From Strigamia acuminata (taxonomy: Eukaryota), in NCBI GenBank assembly GCA_949358305.1, contig OX442314.1, positions 2,232,001 through 2,296,000 on the forward strand: DNA of 64,000 nt, in the 5' to 3' direction. Below are positions 30,101 through 42,858 of the stretch, piece after piece; within the stretch, counting starts at the first letter, position 1; each line of letters opens with the position of its first letter. The position numbers were made by a program, and so were the translations under genes. The notes below the pieces were generated by a model, which worked only from the letters and a program-made list of their open reading frames with translations, did not search any database and had not been told where the DNA came from.

Positions 30101-32985
30101 GATTGGAGGACGATCGGTACGTAGACGACCTCATTTCAAGTTTAAACGAATTAAAGACCGCTATAAAACTGTACCGTGAAAGTTGTGAAATTCTGAGGAA
30201 AGCGGATATGAGACTAACTAAGTGGAAAACCAACTGTGAAGAGCTGAGAAAAATAATTGTAACTGATGACCCGACTTGTGAAGAATCTCTCTCTCAACAA
30301 GAGACCAAAGTTTTGGGGGTGGGGTGGAACACAAGAACCGATGAATTAAGTTTAGACATTACTGAATTAATTAACGGGGTTGAATTAACTAAATACACAA
30401 AACGATCAATTATTAGAACAACAGCTATGATTTTCGACCCATTGGGATTTGCTCATCCCTTTGTGGTCACGGCTAAGATTTTATTCCAGGAATTATGGAA
30501 ACTTGGAGTGGGATGGGACGAGAAAATCCCAGAATATGTGAAAAAAACTTGGGAAGAATGGTGTGCACAAATACCATACCTAATTGATTTAAAAATTCCA
30601 CGAAATTTATTAAACTGGGGAGGAATTAATGTAAAAAAGGAGATTCACATTTTCTGCGACGCCAGTCCTCGGGCATATGGCGTGGTAGCTTATGCTCGAG
30701 TCCTGGACTCGAATACAAGTGCAATTAACATTACTTTTATCGTTTCCAAATGCAGAGTAGCACCACTTAAGGAACTAACCCTTCCTAAACTAGAACTGAT
30801 GGGAGCATTGCTGGCAGCCCGACTTGTGCCGACGCTGCAGTCGACAATCGGATACGACAATGTAACAATTTGGACTGACTCGAAAATAGTGCTGTGTTGG
30901 TTGCGAGAAACGAAGAATCGTCCCGTCACATTTGTCTTCAATCGTGTAAAAGAGATTGGGGAAACAGTAAACACCAGCTGTTGGCGCCACTGCCCGGGCA
31001 AGGAGAATCCGGCAGACCTACTAACACGGGGCGTAACGGTACAAGAACTAACAAATAGTGATTTTTGGCAGAAAGGACCGCAGTGGTTGAGTGGCGACGA
31101 TTCGAATTGGCCAACTGAAACTGACATTGTGAAAACAACGGATACGAGCGAAGAAGTCCAAGTGAACGCGATAAATGAACCAATCCAGATGATTGACTAC
31201 ACACGATTCGGACGATGGTCAAAATTGAAGAAAACGACTGCTTGGGTATTACGGTTTGTTAAAAACTTGCGAAGTGAAGATAAAATCACGGGAGAATTGA
31301 GCGGAGACGAGATTGAAAAAGGAGAGAGATACTGGATAAAATACTTACAAAACTTTTATTTTCATCGAGAACTAAAGTGTCTACAGAAAGGAGAACTCGT
31401 AGAAAAAACCTCACCGCTGTTGCAATTTTCCCCGACGATAGACGAAGACGAAGTGATGCGTGCAACACACAGATGGGCGCTAGCAGAAATTGAACGCGAC
31501 ATCCGAGAGCCATACATTTTACCGTGTAACAATTACATAACAAAATTGATTATTACAGAAGAGCACGAACGAACAATGCACGGAGGACTGGCAGACACAC
31601 TCAGCAGTTTTCGTGAACGATTCTGGATACCACGAGCCAGAAAGACAATCAAGGCGGTACTGAGTAAATGCGTACTCTGTCGGAAAATGCAGGGACGATT
31701 GGCGAAGGAACGATGGGGACTGTTACCACTCGACCGCATAACACCGAGTGCACCATTCGAGACAAGTGGCGTGGATTTTGCAGGGCCACTGTATTCCAAT
31801 CAAGGTGAAAAACTTTATATCGCATTGTTTACGTGCGCGGTCACGAGAGCCGTACACTTAGAAATACTTTCGAATTTGTCGACGGATCGATTTGTGGATA
31901 CGTTTAAGCGGTTTGTCGGCAGAAGAGGAATACCAACGACCATTTACTCAGATAACGCAAAAACTTTTAAAAGAGCTGACCGTGAATTAAGTGTGTTTTT
32001 AAACGAAGTGTTGGTGGGTCGATTTCGACAGTTTCTAGACGTGCGAAGAATTACGTGGAAGTTCATCGTCGAGACCGCACCGTGGTGGGGCGGTTTCTGG
32101 GAACGCATGGTGCGGTCAGTGAAAATCGCTTTAAAGAAAACAATCGGTCGCACGTCTCTAAGCTACGAGGGACTTTCGACTGTGTTGGTCGAAGTGGAGG
32201 CTGTGATAAACTCACGGCCATTGACATATGTCTACGATAGTCCAACGGAACCAGATCCACTCACACCCGCACATTTTCTTGTGGGAAAGCGTCTAATAAG
32301 TTTACCTAACGTCCCTAGCACTGTAGATCGACCGGAGACACAGGCCCAGATTTTACGAATTTGGAAACAACGCCAGACGATTATTGCCCACTTCTGGAAG
32401 AGGTGGACACATGAGTACCTCGTCGAGCTGCGACAACAAAGGGGAAATTCGAGCGACGCAAAGTTTCGAGTGGGCGACTTGGCTCTGATTGAAGATCAAA
32501 ATCAGCCAAGACTTACTTGGAAAATAGGAAGAATAACCGACGTAAAAGTCGGTCGCGACGGATTAATTAGATCTTGTGAGTTACAGCTTCCCAACCGAGC
32601 CAAGCTTCGCCGACCGATACAACGACTGTGTCCACTGGAGATTGAAAACGAGTTGGAACGTCCCCGGGAGGGGGGGACTGTGGAAACTGGAGTTCCTGTA
32701 GAAGTCAACATTTAGGGGGAATTGTAGGTGGCGCCATGTTTGGCCACCAGAGGGTCACTTCGGTGACCCACTCTGTACTGGGATGATTTATTGTTAGAAT
32801 TAAGGGTAGGGAATAGAACATTACCTATTTCCGTTTTTGAATAAATTAATTACTGTTCAAATGTAAATCCGTGTGTACGCATGCTTTATTTGTCATCCAC
32901 AAGATTCAACCAAATTCAACAACCATCAAGTATCCAAAGTAACTTTTATTTGTTCAACATAACATTTTGAGTTGCATCCGCAACA
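27104..32985 (+). mobile_element. Full-length BEL/Pao LTR retrotransposon (5,882 bp)
   Basis: 307-bp LTRs at 27104-27410 and 32679-32985 with no difference seen, 5-bp TSD ATCTC, tRNA-Phe-type PBS TGGTGCCGAAAACCCG at 27412, G-rich PPT before 32679. Confidence 0.97.
27466..32715 (+). CDS. BEL/Pao Gag-Pol polyprotein, 1749 aa
   Basis: KLPKLEIAKFRG gag, three Cys/His knuckles, LDGGSQ protease, ADIEKAF/YVDD RT, IFCDAS RNase H, VDFAGP/SDNA/WWGGFWER integrase, FWKRWTHEYL C-terminal domain. Confidence 0.97.
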   Translation: MTDLEKNRRQREAARTNIRNIFNTLKHEIKQDPVNEVKLLCIQAQLLLKGPKIEKLDILVADAITDIDEVTDDTIGAEEFQDELVAAKVTLEMALKEITQLKPQVLNPNLPLINPVIVNTPIGGQQYTSMKLPKLEIAKFRGTPETWTQFWGDFQLSVHNNTSLPKTAKFVYLRSLVEGLAANAISGLTVTNENYDSAVGLLASRFGKPDLIINAHMQKFLEVKPVKNAEDVVALRELYDYCDLHITSLGNLGVDASTFGALLGPILTRATPDSMQHNFSRSRGELPWSMTDFLKFFRFEIEMRERTKAMSDKNNLIEKKETTTKKQEEVTKKINTKNNPLGSAAALTTITYKCTFCQKEEHTSPNCPLTLAERKAACMKFRRCYRCLKEGHIASRCKTRFRCKNCEKNHHTYLCDAEEKKPIETLTSSAVLEQEQPVSVMFLQVLVVDACGQSKKRKVQCFLDGGSQKTFITEKLSRELNLERVGEQDIALLTFGATEPTIAKRNRVKLLMNNCDNVAFNLEVEALETPWITPALKGQTDQRILSELKKHNIKLASNGNVQMDDGVSILIGVDNFWKVTTGKQHRLGENLMAIETIFGWTLHGSSGENKETVSALVRVNKILVIDNTNELLEKFWSLEAIGIKHETVERNEDEEQTLKRFKESIEWVQDHYEVELPWKLNAKELDDNRQPALKRFWSLVNRFRKNPKLYLQYKEVITEQLRTGIVEEVPQETGENNPIYYIPHRPVIDETRATTKLRIVYDASSHAKGCFSLNDCLYKGSNLLPKLLNVILKFRTGIIAAIADIEKAFHRIHLKKKERDVMRFLWLEENWNGTEPAKIRELRQTRVPFGTSPSPFLLSATIDHHVEDFKEEYPETCKRLEDDRYVDDLISSLNELKTAIKLYRESCEILRKADMRLTKWKTNCEELRKIIVTDDPTCEESLSQQETKVLGVGWNTRTDELSLDITELINGVELTKYTKRSIIRTTAMIFDPLGFAHPFVVTAKILFQELWKLGVGWDEKIPEYVKKTWEEWCAQIPYLIDLKIPRNLLNWGGINVKKEIHIFCDASPRAYGVVAYARVLDSNTSAINITFIVSKCRVAPLKELTLPKLELMGALLAARLVPTLQSTIGYDNVTIWTDSKIVLCWLRETKNRPVTFVFNRVKEIGETVNTSCWRHCPGKENPADLLTRGVTVQELTNSDFWQKGPQWLSGDDSNWPTETDIVKTTDTSEEVQVNAINEPIQMIDYTRFGRWSKLKKTTAWVLRFVKNLRSEDKITGELSGDEIEKGERYWIKYLQNFYFHRELKCLQKGELVEKTSPLLQFSPTIDEDEVMRATHRWALAEIERDIREPYILPCNNYITKLIITEEHERTMHGGLADTLSSFRERFWIPRARKTIKAVLSKCVLCRKMQGRLAKERWGLLPLDRITPSAPFETSGVDFAGPLYSNQGEKLYIALFTCAVTRAVHLEILSNLSTDRFVDTFKRFVGRRGIPTTIYSDNAKTFKRADRELSVFLNEVLVGRFRQFLDVRRITWKFIVETAPWWGGFWERMVRSVKIALKKTIGRTSLSYEGLSTVLVEVEAVINSRPLTYVYDSPTEPDPLTPAHFLVGKRLISLPNVPSTVDRPETQAQILRIWKQRQTIIAHFWKRWTHEYLVELRQQRGNSSDAKFRVGDLALIEDQNQPRLTWKIGRITDVKVGRDGLIRSCELQLPNRAKLRRPIQRLCPLEIENELERPREGGTVETGVPVEVNI

Positions 32986-33077
32986 ATCTCCAAGCCATTT
33001 TACTATTGGGATGGCTTGGGGATGGTTTCCTGTATGTGTATCGGTCCACAACATTAAATTAAGAGTTTCATGGACCA

Positions 33078-33651
33078 ATGAAGAGAAGGAGCGTGAGTTT
33101 TGAGGTCGGCGAGAAAGTTACCATCAGAGCGCATAAGCTGCCAGATCCAAGTTTATTTCAAATGAAGGCCTTTTTGCCCTTGACGGAGGGGGTATTCGAG
33201 ATCAAGGAACTTTACGGCGATAACATTCTGCTGTTGGAGGACGTAGAGGGCAAATCCGAGCCGTTCTTGACCAACGTAGATAGAGTTCAACTCTGGCAGG
33301 ATAGCCCAGATCAAGAGTTAGAGAGTCATTCAACGCCCTCAGTTTGAATTTATTGTGACCCGTTTCTCTCTTAATTTTAGCTTGTTTTTGTTAGCGTTCT
33401 AGTTGCTCTCGGTTTACTGTTCGGTTTGGGGAGGGGAGAGGAGTGTGTTGATTTTGGGGGGGGGGATAATGTAATAATGGGAGTTTTGCCTGATGCGAGT
33501 GCGGGTTGTTGTGAGAGAGAGCGCCATGTTGGCATTCCTACGTGTAATTTGGATTAGATTTACATTTGCTTCTTATGGATTAAAAGTCTGTTGTTCACTT
33601 TGATTTATTCAGTGTTTACTGGATTGGCGCCCAAACCCACGCAGAATCACA
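33078..33651 (+). mobile_element. 5'-truncated Gypsy remnant: integrase C-terminus, PPT and 3' LTR (33470-33651)
   Basis: KRRSVSFEVGEKVTIR..TEGVFEI..NVDRVQLW aligns with the end of the Pol above. G-tract at 33455-33465 is followed by a TG...CA LTR like 12011-12182. Confidence 0.85.
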
Positions 33652-35397
33652 TTAGGCATTATGGATTTATGGACAATTTTCAGGTCAATTAGTTAAAGTG
33701 CTGTTTCGATTTTTGAAAGTTCGCAACTAATTTTATAGAGGGATAGTTACGAACAGTGGAAAGATATATTTTTTTTACCAACTAGTGATTGGTTTAAACA
33801 CAACTGCTAAATGCGAAAAGCTGTTAACTTAAGCGCTCTTTCTTAGACAGCAAAGCCAGCATAATAGTTTTGCTGGAGTTTTATGGGGCAAAAAATTCGC
33901 ATTTAGCATAATTAATTAAATAAATGACCAATGATATATTTCACAGTTTGGTTTCAATCAGATTTTTAAACCTCTGAGGGGACTGTTGTCGCATCAATAC
34001 TCATTTGTGCGCACTTACCTGATTTTCTTTGTCGCCGCCCGATCGCAAAATGAAAAAAACACCAAGCTTAAATATATATCTCTCTTATTGAGGAAAAGGT
34101 GGGGTAGTGTTCAGCGTGCACCATCAGCGATGACTGCGTGATGAGTGATGGAGAGGAGGGCGAGTCATCACGACCACAATTGGAGACACGCGAATGCACG
34201 TGTGCTCCAGCCATCAGGTCACTCACCGACCACCCTTTACTCCCCCCTTTATGTGTTTCGTTCTAAGCCGACTGCCCCGTAATCCAATCACCATCCTGAG
34301 GGAATGGTCTCTAAAAAAATAAAACCATCAAATATCGCGGTGTTGCACCCTAACTACACATAATTTCAAATTTTATTTTTGTTATAAGCTATGTATCTAT
34401 TATTTATTTAGATGGAGAAGTTCTCCATATTTTTACACTAGAGCTGAAGACGAGGAAATAATAGGTTTCGTTGGAGTGATGAATGCTATAGATACAGAAA
34501 TGAAATTCCGGCCATGGAGATATTTATACTAGTATATCTCGTCAAGCGATGTTGGTATTTTTTGGTGCCCAGCTACGATTCATTTAGAAAGCGTATTAGA
34601 TATTTATTTCGCGAGAATGAAGATCATTTTGCACTGAATTTTTTTGCATTAATTTCACCGTTCAAGAATTTCTTGCTATATTTCCGAATCCAGAAGCACA
34701 TTTCGCAAAACAAGATCTTAGAATGAACATCTCATATCAAGACCACATCAGCAGTTTTGTTCAGAATCGTTATCCGTTTGCCTACAAAAGGGACTTGCGG
34801 CGAGTTATCCTCCTTTTGAAAAGAGAAGTTAGTGTCTCTTTGTTGCAAATGCGCGTCGTACAAATAGATTACGTCGTTGCACACCCGATAGGCAGGATCT
34901 GTGAGGAGGCCACTTTTAGTACTCAAATTCTTTTAATGAGAAATGAAAGAGAGAGAGAGAGAAAATATTTCTTTAGTTTAGTTGGTCTATACCACTTGAG
35001 AAAGTAAACAGTTCACTGGAACTGGGAGGCAATCCAAATTCGGTGTTTCAACATAGGAAAACTTGTGGTTCATGAAAAAACACTCACGCTCGAGTAGACC
35101 TGAGAGATCAAAAACATTTGGTCGAAAAAACTACAAGAATTCATCCTGTTTTTGCAATTTCGGCAGCAGCAATTATTAGATTAATCATAATTACATTTTA
35201 AATCAGTCATTTCGGGAGAGGATAAAGGCCCGGCCGTTCAACCCGTTTTATTCGGTCTCGTAATGTTCCGACAGTTGAACACCATCAATTTATTACCGGT
35301 ATTATTATTACTGTGGTGCATCGTCGAATAAAAGCTGATTTTTGAATAAATTCCCCTCGGGAGCAATCTAATGTTTTCATCTAAGACAATAAGATCG

Positions 35398-35633
35398 GTG
35401 CAAACTAAAATACAGATTGGATTAGAAGCCAGATAGAATAGAGAAAGCTCAGCATGACAGTTGTACGTCTCATTGTGTGCGACTTTACCCGCATTCCTTT
35501 TTCTTTGTCGGGTCGTGATAAAATCAACAAGTAATAGAACGTCCCACTAGAATTCGACGTCATAGCCACAATATTCGCAGAAGTGACAGACTAAACAAAA
35601 TTCTACATAGAGCAGAAAGAAAGATCAATCAAT
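35398..35633. repeat. Dispersed duplication, copy 1 (copy 2 at ~53999-54228)
   Basis: Near-identical ~230-bp segment (ATACAGATTGGATTAGAAGCC...GATCAATCAATC). Confidence 0.9.
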
Positions 35634-36258
35634 CGCCGGCCGCCAACGCACTCTCGCCAGCCGTTCGCATGCGCATTTAACCAGTACTTTCCTGCCCCAA
35701 ATTCATTTTACATCATTTAGACACAAAATGCAGTCAAACTAGAAGAAATAAATTACCAGGCCAACGTCAGGGTTATTGTCCAGGTTATTCAATCTTCGTC
35801 AAGTGGTATAATTAGTATAATGAATTCAATAAGCAAAATTCCCTAAAAAAATAGCATTACTGCTAATATTTTAAGAGCTTGTTTATTTTATTTTGTGCTA
35901 AACAAAAAGAAGAAAGAAAGAAAAATCCAAAGATGCCTTTAGTGGACAATATACATGTACGTGAGGAAGAACTAATGTCTGAAATATTTTATCTCGCAAC
36001 ACAGTTGGAACACTTCAAAAAGCTATCGTTACTTTTCAATGTTAAATAAAAAACAAATTATAAATTATATCTTTTTATTTTTAAGAAACGTTTTGCAAAG
36101 CTTAAAAGTTTCAAATCATTAATTCGTCGCAGAGATTACCTCGTAGAAAGCAACAAGAAAATTCCGAATATAAGAAAAAATGCTGCGGACAGTTTTAGGT
36201 CTAAAAAAAAAACAAATTCACGGGTCAACCACATTACTTGGAACACAGCAGCTGCACT

Positions 36259-36415
36259 TGAACCCACAGCTTCGACCCCAGATTCAAATAAACCCACAGC
36301 CACGACCCCAGATTCAAACGAACCCCCTGCGTCTAATGAACACACAGCCACGACCCCAGCGACTAATGAACTCTGAGTTTGGAACGAACCGTCAGCCACG
36401 ATCCCAGCATCGACC
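36259..36415. repeat. Degenerate tandem repeat (AACCCACAGCCACGACCCCAG)
   Basis: Four to five imperfect units. Confidence 0.7.
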
Positions 36416-36836
36416 TCAAAACAAGACGAAGAAAAAATATAAAAATTATTAAAATACTTTCTTTTTACAAATAACCACGTCGACTAATTTTTAAAAATCA
36501 AAGATTGAATAAAAGACTCTACAAACTCACACACCCCTTTGTGCAACAGAATCGAAATCCAATCCAAACAAAATAACAAACCTCCCTGCTATATCCGATC
36601 CAAGTCGGAATTCTCCCAACTAATAGGCACGACAGCTGTTGTTGGTGGTGCGGATATATTTGTAAGCGATTGAATCTTTTTGTTAGTTTTGCAAAACGAA
36701 TTTCCATTTGCTTACCATTGCAACATATAGCAGACCGCGCAACATTATATGGGGATAAAGGAAATCTTGATTTCATAGGATGAGATAAGTTTATCGCTTG
36801 TAAATCAGCTTACAACAAAGGAACTGTGTGTTGGCA

Positions 36837-39693
36837 TTAATTTTAAATTTATGGCCTTCATCTCGTTTTATTTTTATAATCCAGGCCTTTCTTGCACTTA
36901 AGTTTTTAGGAATTAATAAACTTCATTCCAACAAATTTTTATCATATATAATAAAGCTTTCTTCGGTCAATTCGGGGAAGGAGAAAGCAATGTCAACAAA
37001 ATCGCCAAATGGCGTCCAGTTCGTGATTGCGGAAATTTTCAATTGTGTGGAAGACAAAAACGAAGTTTTACGCAGAGCTGAAGTTTTATCGAAAACTTCT
37101 TTGCCGCCAAGAACAGAATTAGCAGGTATTTTGTTGTTTGTATTCAGTAGGAGGTTTAACATCCCAATTTCACTTCATGAGTGGGATCACTTTAAAATGG
37201 ATGAAAAAGGATTTTCAAGATTGGAAAAAAAAAAATCAAAGACTTTTTGACAATGTTAACAGTTCCAACACTTAAAAAAATCTACAAAGAGAGAACAAAC
37301 CGAGAAGCGACAACGTCTTCTTCAAAAGGTATGTGTATATAATTTTTTTTTTGCCAGCTTGTGTCGTTAAGGAAATCATAAAATTTTCAAGTGAGATCAC
37401 ATTTTAAACCATGATTTCATAACCGAAGCTATGTTGTTCAAATACGTGAAAAGTAAAAGAAATATGAGCTTTGCAATGCATGTCTGAAGAGGTCGGGCAA
37501 CGGGAACAAATTTATACCGAGCCATAGGGTATAAAAAAAAATTTCACGTCGTCACCTGCCTGTGCCACCGGGATATTCCCGGCATCCCACTTGGCCAGTC
37601 CAGCATTGGGGTTTTGTATTAGAAAGGCAATAGTAGAACCACCAAATCTGGCAAACAAATTCAAAATTTTTTTTTTTATAATATTCAGTGGCCATATACA
37701 AAAGTGGGACAAGATTATCGGATTGAAGCTATTTGATGAAGGGTATATCAGTCCTCGGATATATTCCTTTTGAATCAATCACCCAAAATTATTAATTTAC
37801 CAATAAAAATTGAAAAATTTTAAAATTGAAAAAAATTGAACAAATTGCAGACTAAGGAAATTAAGCAAATTAAAGTAATACTTATGTTTGTTATTAGATT
37901 GAGGATCACCTCTGGTTTTTTTTCTTTTTTTTCTTCTAGTTTAGCACAAAGATGCGTTTAGTGGACAATATAAATGTAGACAAGGAAGTACTACTGTCTG
38001 ATACTGATATATTTCATCTCGCAAGCAGAATTTTTTTAGAAACAATGTTTTACCTTCTAAAATGGAAGTGAAAGTAATTCCGCCGGGAAAGGCTTCGGCC
38101 AGGGAAGGTCTAAAAGAAGCCATCCACGTTCGAACAAAAAGTCATTGACCACGGTCCAGCGTGTCCGTGACAATTCGATGCGCCTTATTTTAGACGCTTT
38201 TTAAAAATAGTGAATACAATTTGAAATGTTGAATTTTGATAAAAGAAAGGTAGGGCCATCAGGATTTCTCCCAATAAATTAATACCTAACCACCATGTAG
38301 ATAATTGTATCTAGTAATTGTCGTAGACAGTATAACAACCGGCAACATTTTAAACCTTTCGAAACATTAATGTTGCAAAGCATAAAAGTCTAATACAGAT
38401 GGGCATAGAACTGATTTGGCAAGGAAATGTAAAAATGAAGCACCATTCTTGAGAAGCAATAATTGATTTGACCCAAAAGTTATTTCCACATTCAAAAATT
38501 GAGGATAGAGATGGTTTTTTGTGTAGAATTGTAGTATTTCAAAAGTTACTTCGTGGCCGTTTTGGTCATGAGAAAACTGCAGGGGCACTCTGTCAAGTTT
38601 TACAAGACTGAACAAGGAAAAGAAGAAAACTGAAATTCAAGCCAGGGTTAAAAGGAGCAACTTGACCCATTTAGACCATTTAAGGATGCAGTTGAGTGGA
38701 CATCACATCAGGAAGTTGAATCAAAACAAACAGAACACAAGCAGGTGTGATACAATTCTCTTCTGTTTGCATTTTGTGTCTGTAGTGAAAAACTGCTGAA
38801 TTCAAAATGGCAAAATGATAGGAAATTAAATTCTTAATGCAAATCTCAAATGCTACAGTGCATCAGCACAATTCGGGAGTGACAAACACGCATTGAGTGC
38901 ATCATGTTTATCACTTTAAATCAAACGGGTGAATGCTACAATCCTGTGTATCGGGAATGCAGACTTACAACACCAGAATAAATGAATTACACAGCTAAGT
39001 TACCAACTCTAAATGCTAACCCTAATGCAATTCCTACACATTCTGAGAAATATTAACGAAAATCAAACCGGCGACTCAAAATCAAATCTTGATCCAATTC
39101 TTTTGTCAGGCAAGCAGACAATCAAATAAACAAAAAGAAATGCCATTTTTGTCAAAAATAGAATAGAAACTCGCGATACCACATCAGCGAAAAAAAAAAT
39201 GAGAAAAACACATTAAATTCCATCACAGACAAAATATTCACTGAAAGCAAACCATCAGATAAAAATCCAACCCAAATCCTTTGGTTTTGCATCATTATTA
39301 TCACGAAAACGAATGCAAACACTGAAAAACATCGATCGAACTGAAAAGCAAACGACAAAGCAGAAATGGAATGAAGAAGAACACAAACACTTGCCGTTGC
39401 TAAGCGAAGGGAAATCATCTCTATTGGTTGGAATCAACGTCAACAAATTGCGTCATTCTCCTCTGTTAATAATAATTATTCGCACCAGAGTGACTCTGCA
39501 ACTCAAGTCAGTGTCAGAAGATTTTAAATTAATTTTTCTAACCAACAAAACAAAAAAGAAAATTAAATAATAAAAAATAAAAAAATAAAAATTTACCTCG
39601 CTTTTGGAGAAATGTCACCTGTGGCCGACTCAGGCTCCCAAATCTCAAAATCTCCCGTCGTGGTCAAGGAAAAAAGAAATTAAAAGCGATACT
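36837..39693. repeat. ~2.9-kb direct duplication, copy A
   Basis: Colinear with 44343-47259 with substitutions and small indels; a partial third copy lies at ~52500-52780. Confidence 0.93.
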
Positions 39694-40778
39694 CGTAAAA
39701 TAAATTGATTTTTTTGTGTTTTCAACTAAAATCTTACGACAGTATCAGCCAAAATTGAAAATCTCTTGTCGTCCCCTAATAAACATTATAACATAAAAAT
39801 TATTTTAAAAAACACGACCAAACCGATTAAATATTCAAAACAAACCGATTTCATCGCATTGCCGTTGATTTTGGACAAAGTTGCTTTCGTTTCTTCGATT
39901 TTCTTTGTTAATACTCGCCAACGCAGCCGGACGACTAGACAGAAATTTCCTTTTTTCTGCCAATAAATCTTGATCCGTTTCTTTAACACTCGGTCGCTTC
40001 ACGCTTATTTCTTCCGAGTCGCACATGCCCGTCCATTTGGCCGCCATTACTCATCTACAATACTCGCCGCGAGATGTCACCACACAATCGAAATCAGCAT
40101 GTCGGAAATTACAAATTTTTAAGTTTTTCTGAGATTCGAAAAATTTTAGGAGAATTTTAATTGTACAGGGTAAAATTGTACAGTGATCCGAAAGATCTTT
40201 TTGGGTTATTAGCGCATTAAACTCTTAGCGTCGCTTAATTACCAACGACAGAAAGCGCGGGTGTCGGGGTTCTGAAAAAAACGCAGGGTACACCCAAAAT
40301 GGAGTACCCAATTTAGATATACCCAAGTACCACAAAATTTATTTATTTAAGAATAAAAAGTATCACTTTTTTTCATATTTGCTATTATTTGACATCTTTT
40401 GATGCATTTTTCAAGATATCATTAATTGTGAATAAATATTTTTACAAATACACAACCATGTCGTTTTTTTTTCGCTTTAAATAAAAAATTCATCAATAAC
40501 CAAACAAAACCAAACAATTTAAATCAATTTAATTTAATTGTTAATTAATTTTGCATTATACTTTGGCTCGTTCAATTATGCGTGTATGTAATCTTTTTGT
40601 CTCAGCTGCAGTTAACAAAATAGTGAAGGTTGCAAAAACTGTCAATGACATTCTAAATCACACGTGTCATCCACGAGCTTTTGTTACCACATCTAAGAAA
40701 AAAGCAAAATCTCAATGCTGAAATCCAAAATAAGACCAGACGGGCCCTAAAAAAGATACTTATTGCATTTTGCATTTA

Positions 40779-41162
40779 ACAAATGACGCAGACGGTTTGT
40801 GTATAATTTTAAAAAATATAACATGTAATTTATATACATTTTTTTTTAGAAGCAGTACAGAAAATCATGAAAATAGTAGCAAATTTTGGCCACATTCTGT
40901 CGTAACAGTATGAAGCGAGTGTTCATACTCAAATATTTAGAGAATCTGGGAGAAAAGATCAAGGCTATTGACCAAAGACCAATTAAAAAAAATACTAATT
41001 GGCTACTGGAAGCTAAAGCCAATAAAAAACAATCAAAAAGACAGCAAAAGCAAACGATGCTGATTGCACTGTCACAACTGAAGTTGCTAAAAAAATCACG
41101 CAGAAAACAACAGCAAGGGGCCATCAACACGCTCCTGTCCGTAAAGGGCAAAATGCGTACGA
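40779..41162. repeat. Dispersed duplication, copy 1 (copy 2 at ~56912-57318)
   Basis: Shared ACAAATGACGCAGACGG...GGGCAAAATG segment and matching ORF translations (MKRVFILKYLENLG). Confidence 0.9.
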
Positions 41163-41869
41163 ATCACCTTTATAATAATTTAATTTTATATCATTAAATT
41201 AAACTACAGTCAATTAATTCAGATCACCACCTAACGGAGGGTAAAATGTGTTTATAACCGCCACCGATATGCGCCTGCCCGTCAACCGCAAAAACAGTAT
41301 GAATCACTTTATAATTTGATATCATTAAATTAAATTTAAGTCATTTAAATTAAACTAATACTTAAAAAATTTTTTGTTTTTAGATTAAGGTTCACCTAAT
41401 CACCATGTAGATAATTTTATCTAGCAATTGTCCTAGGCAGCAAACAAGATTCCCCATCACTTCTTCAAATTTTGTTTATTCGAATTTTCGATTATTTGGG
41501 TCATTTCTTCGACAGTCGTTACTTCGAAAACTGAAATTAAATTAATAATAAATTAAACTGAAATTAACGAGCCGATGCCGTGTTTAGACACAAATCGATC
41601 GCATCAATTATTCAAAAGCGGCCTAATTTGCACCTTTCTCTCCATGTTTGTCGGATCTGCGGCGCAGTTTCTGCAAATACATCTGTTTCTGCATCGAACC
41701 TTCGGAGAAAAACAAAGAAAAATCGATGAGGAAGTGTTTTGGGTTTATTAAGAGGTCGTCGACCTCGATTAATACGCCATTTTTTGGGCGCCATTTTTTG
41801 TGCTGTATGCATAAAATACCGTAAAAAAATCGCAAAACTACGGAAAATGGTCAAATGCTCAAATCATTC

Positions 41870-42255
41870 AGTCGTAAATTAATTTTTCGGCCGAATTTGG
41901 GCGTGAATTCGGTTGTAAACTCGTTTATCCGCCGAATTTGTGCCAGAATTCAGTCACATATTCGTTTTTCGGCCTTATTCGAGCGAAAATTCGGTTTTAC
42001 ATTCGTTTTTCGGCTGAATTTTGGCGGGGATTTGGTCGTAAATTCGTTTTTCAGCCGAATTTGCGCCAGAATTCAATTACAAATTCGTTTTTCTGCCGAA
42101 TTTGTGCAGGTATTCAATCACAAATTCGTTTATCGGCCGAATTCGCTTGTAAATTCATTCTTCGGCCGAATTCGACATGAATTTCGGATTTTAATTCCTT
42201 TTTCGGCTCAACTTCGACCTGAATTCAGTCATAAATTAGTTTATTAACCGAATTT
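41870..42255. repeat. Degenerate GGCCGAATT/CGTAAATTCG minisatellite
   Basis: Many imperfect TTTTCGGCCGAATT units. Confidence 0.75.
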
Positions 42256-42326
42256 TAAACGAGAAATTCAAATTTGACGGTTTTCCGCAGTTTTGCGACG
42301 TATACGTCTACTAAAAACCTATATAC

Positions 42327-42858
42327 TTTATCGTAGCCTCGAATTCCGCCGTGCAAATGGTTCGGAGAGCTGTTAATGGCGAGCAAATATCCCTTGTTGT
42401 TCAGCACGAAACGTCCGTGCGCGATTCGGTTACACACACGTCCGACCGTCGCGCCCACATAAAACGGTTGTTTATAATATTCTAAACAAATAAATCAAAA
42501 CAAAAAATTATCCATTCATCAATTTATCTCACCAATTCCTACCATCAATGCTGTCAAAACCGAGCACAACATCGGCCACGTCGTCGTTCGCATCGGGCAC
42601 TTTGAGCGACGTGACGGTCGCGCCGTACGTGATGACCTGCGCGCTGCATTTCGACGAATTCGTCAAAGTGAAGCGTCGTACAGGTTCGCTGCAGACCCTT
42701 TTGTCCGAATAAAACCTCCCGACCCATTCCCATAAGTAAACCTAGAACGGACACAATAAAAATCTCCATCAGTGCAACCCAAACCCCACAAATACTCACT
42801 CGTCGTCGCGTAACGAAACGACGGGAGTCTGGAATCGTTTCGCGATAAAATTACCCAT
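42327..42858 (-). pseudogene. GALM: 5' fragment (3 exons) of aldose 1-epimerase / galactose mutarotase; exons 42858-42800, 42688-42543, 42481-42327
   Basis: In-frame splicing gives QVITYGATVTSLKVPD..ADVVLGFD and [29 protein letters not shown]. No downstream exons recognised in the window. Confidence 0.8.

Noticed and set aside
18449..32711. Numerous short antisense or alternate-frame ORFs within the Gypsy and BEL polyprotein genes
   Set aside because: Shadows of the long coding frames with no independent motifs.
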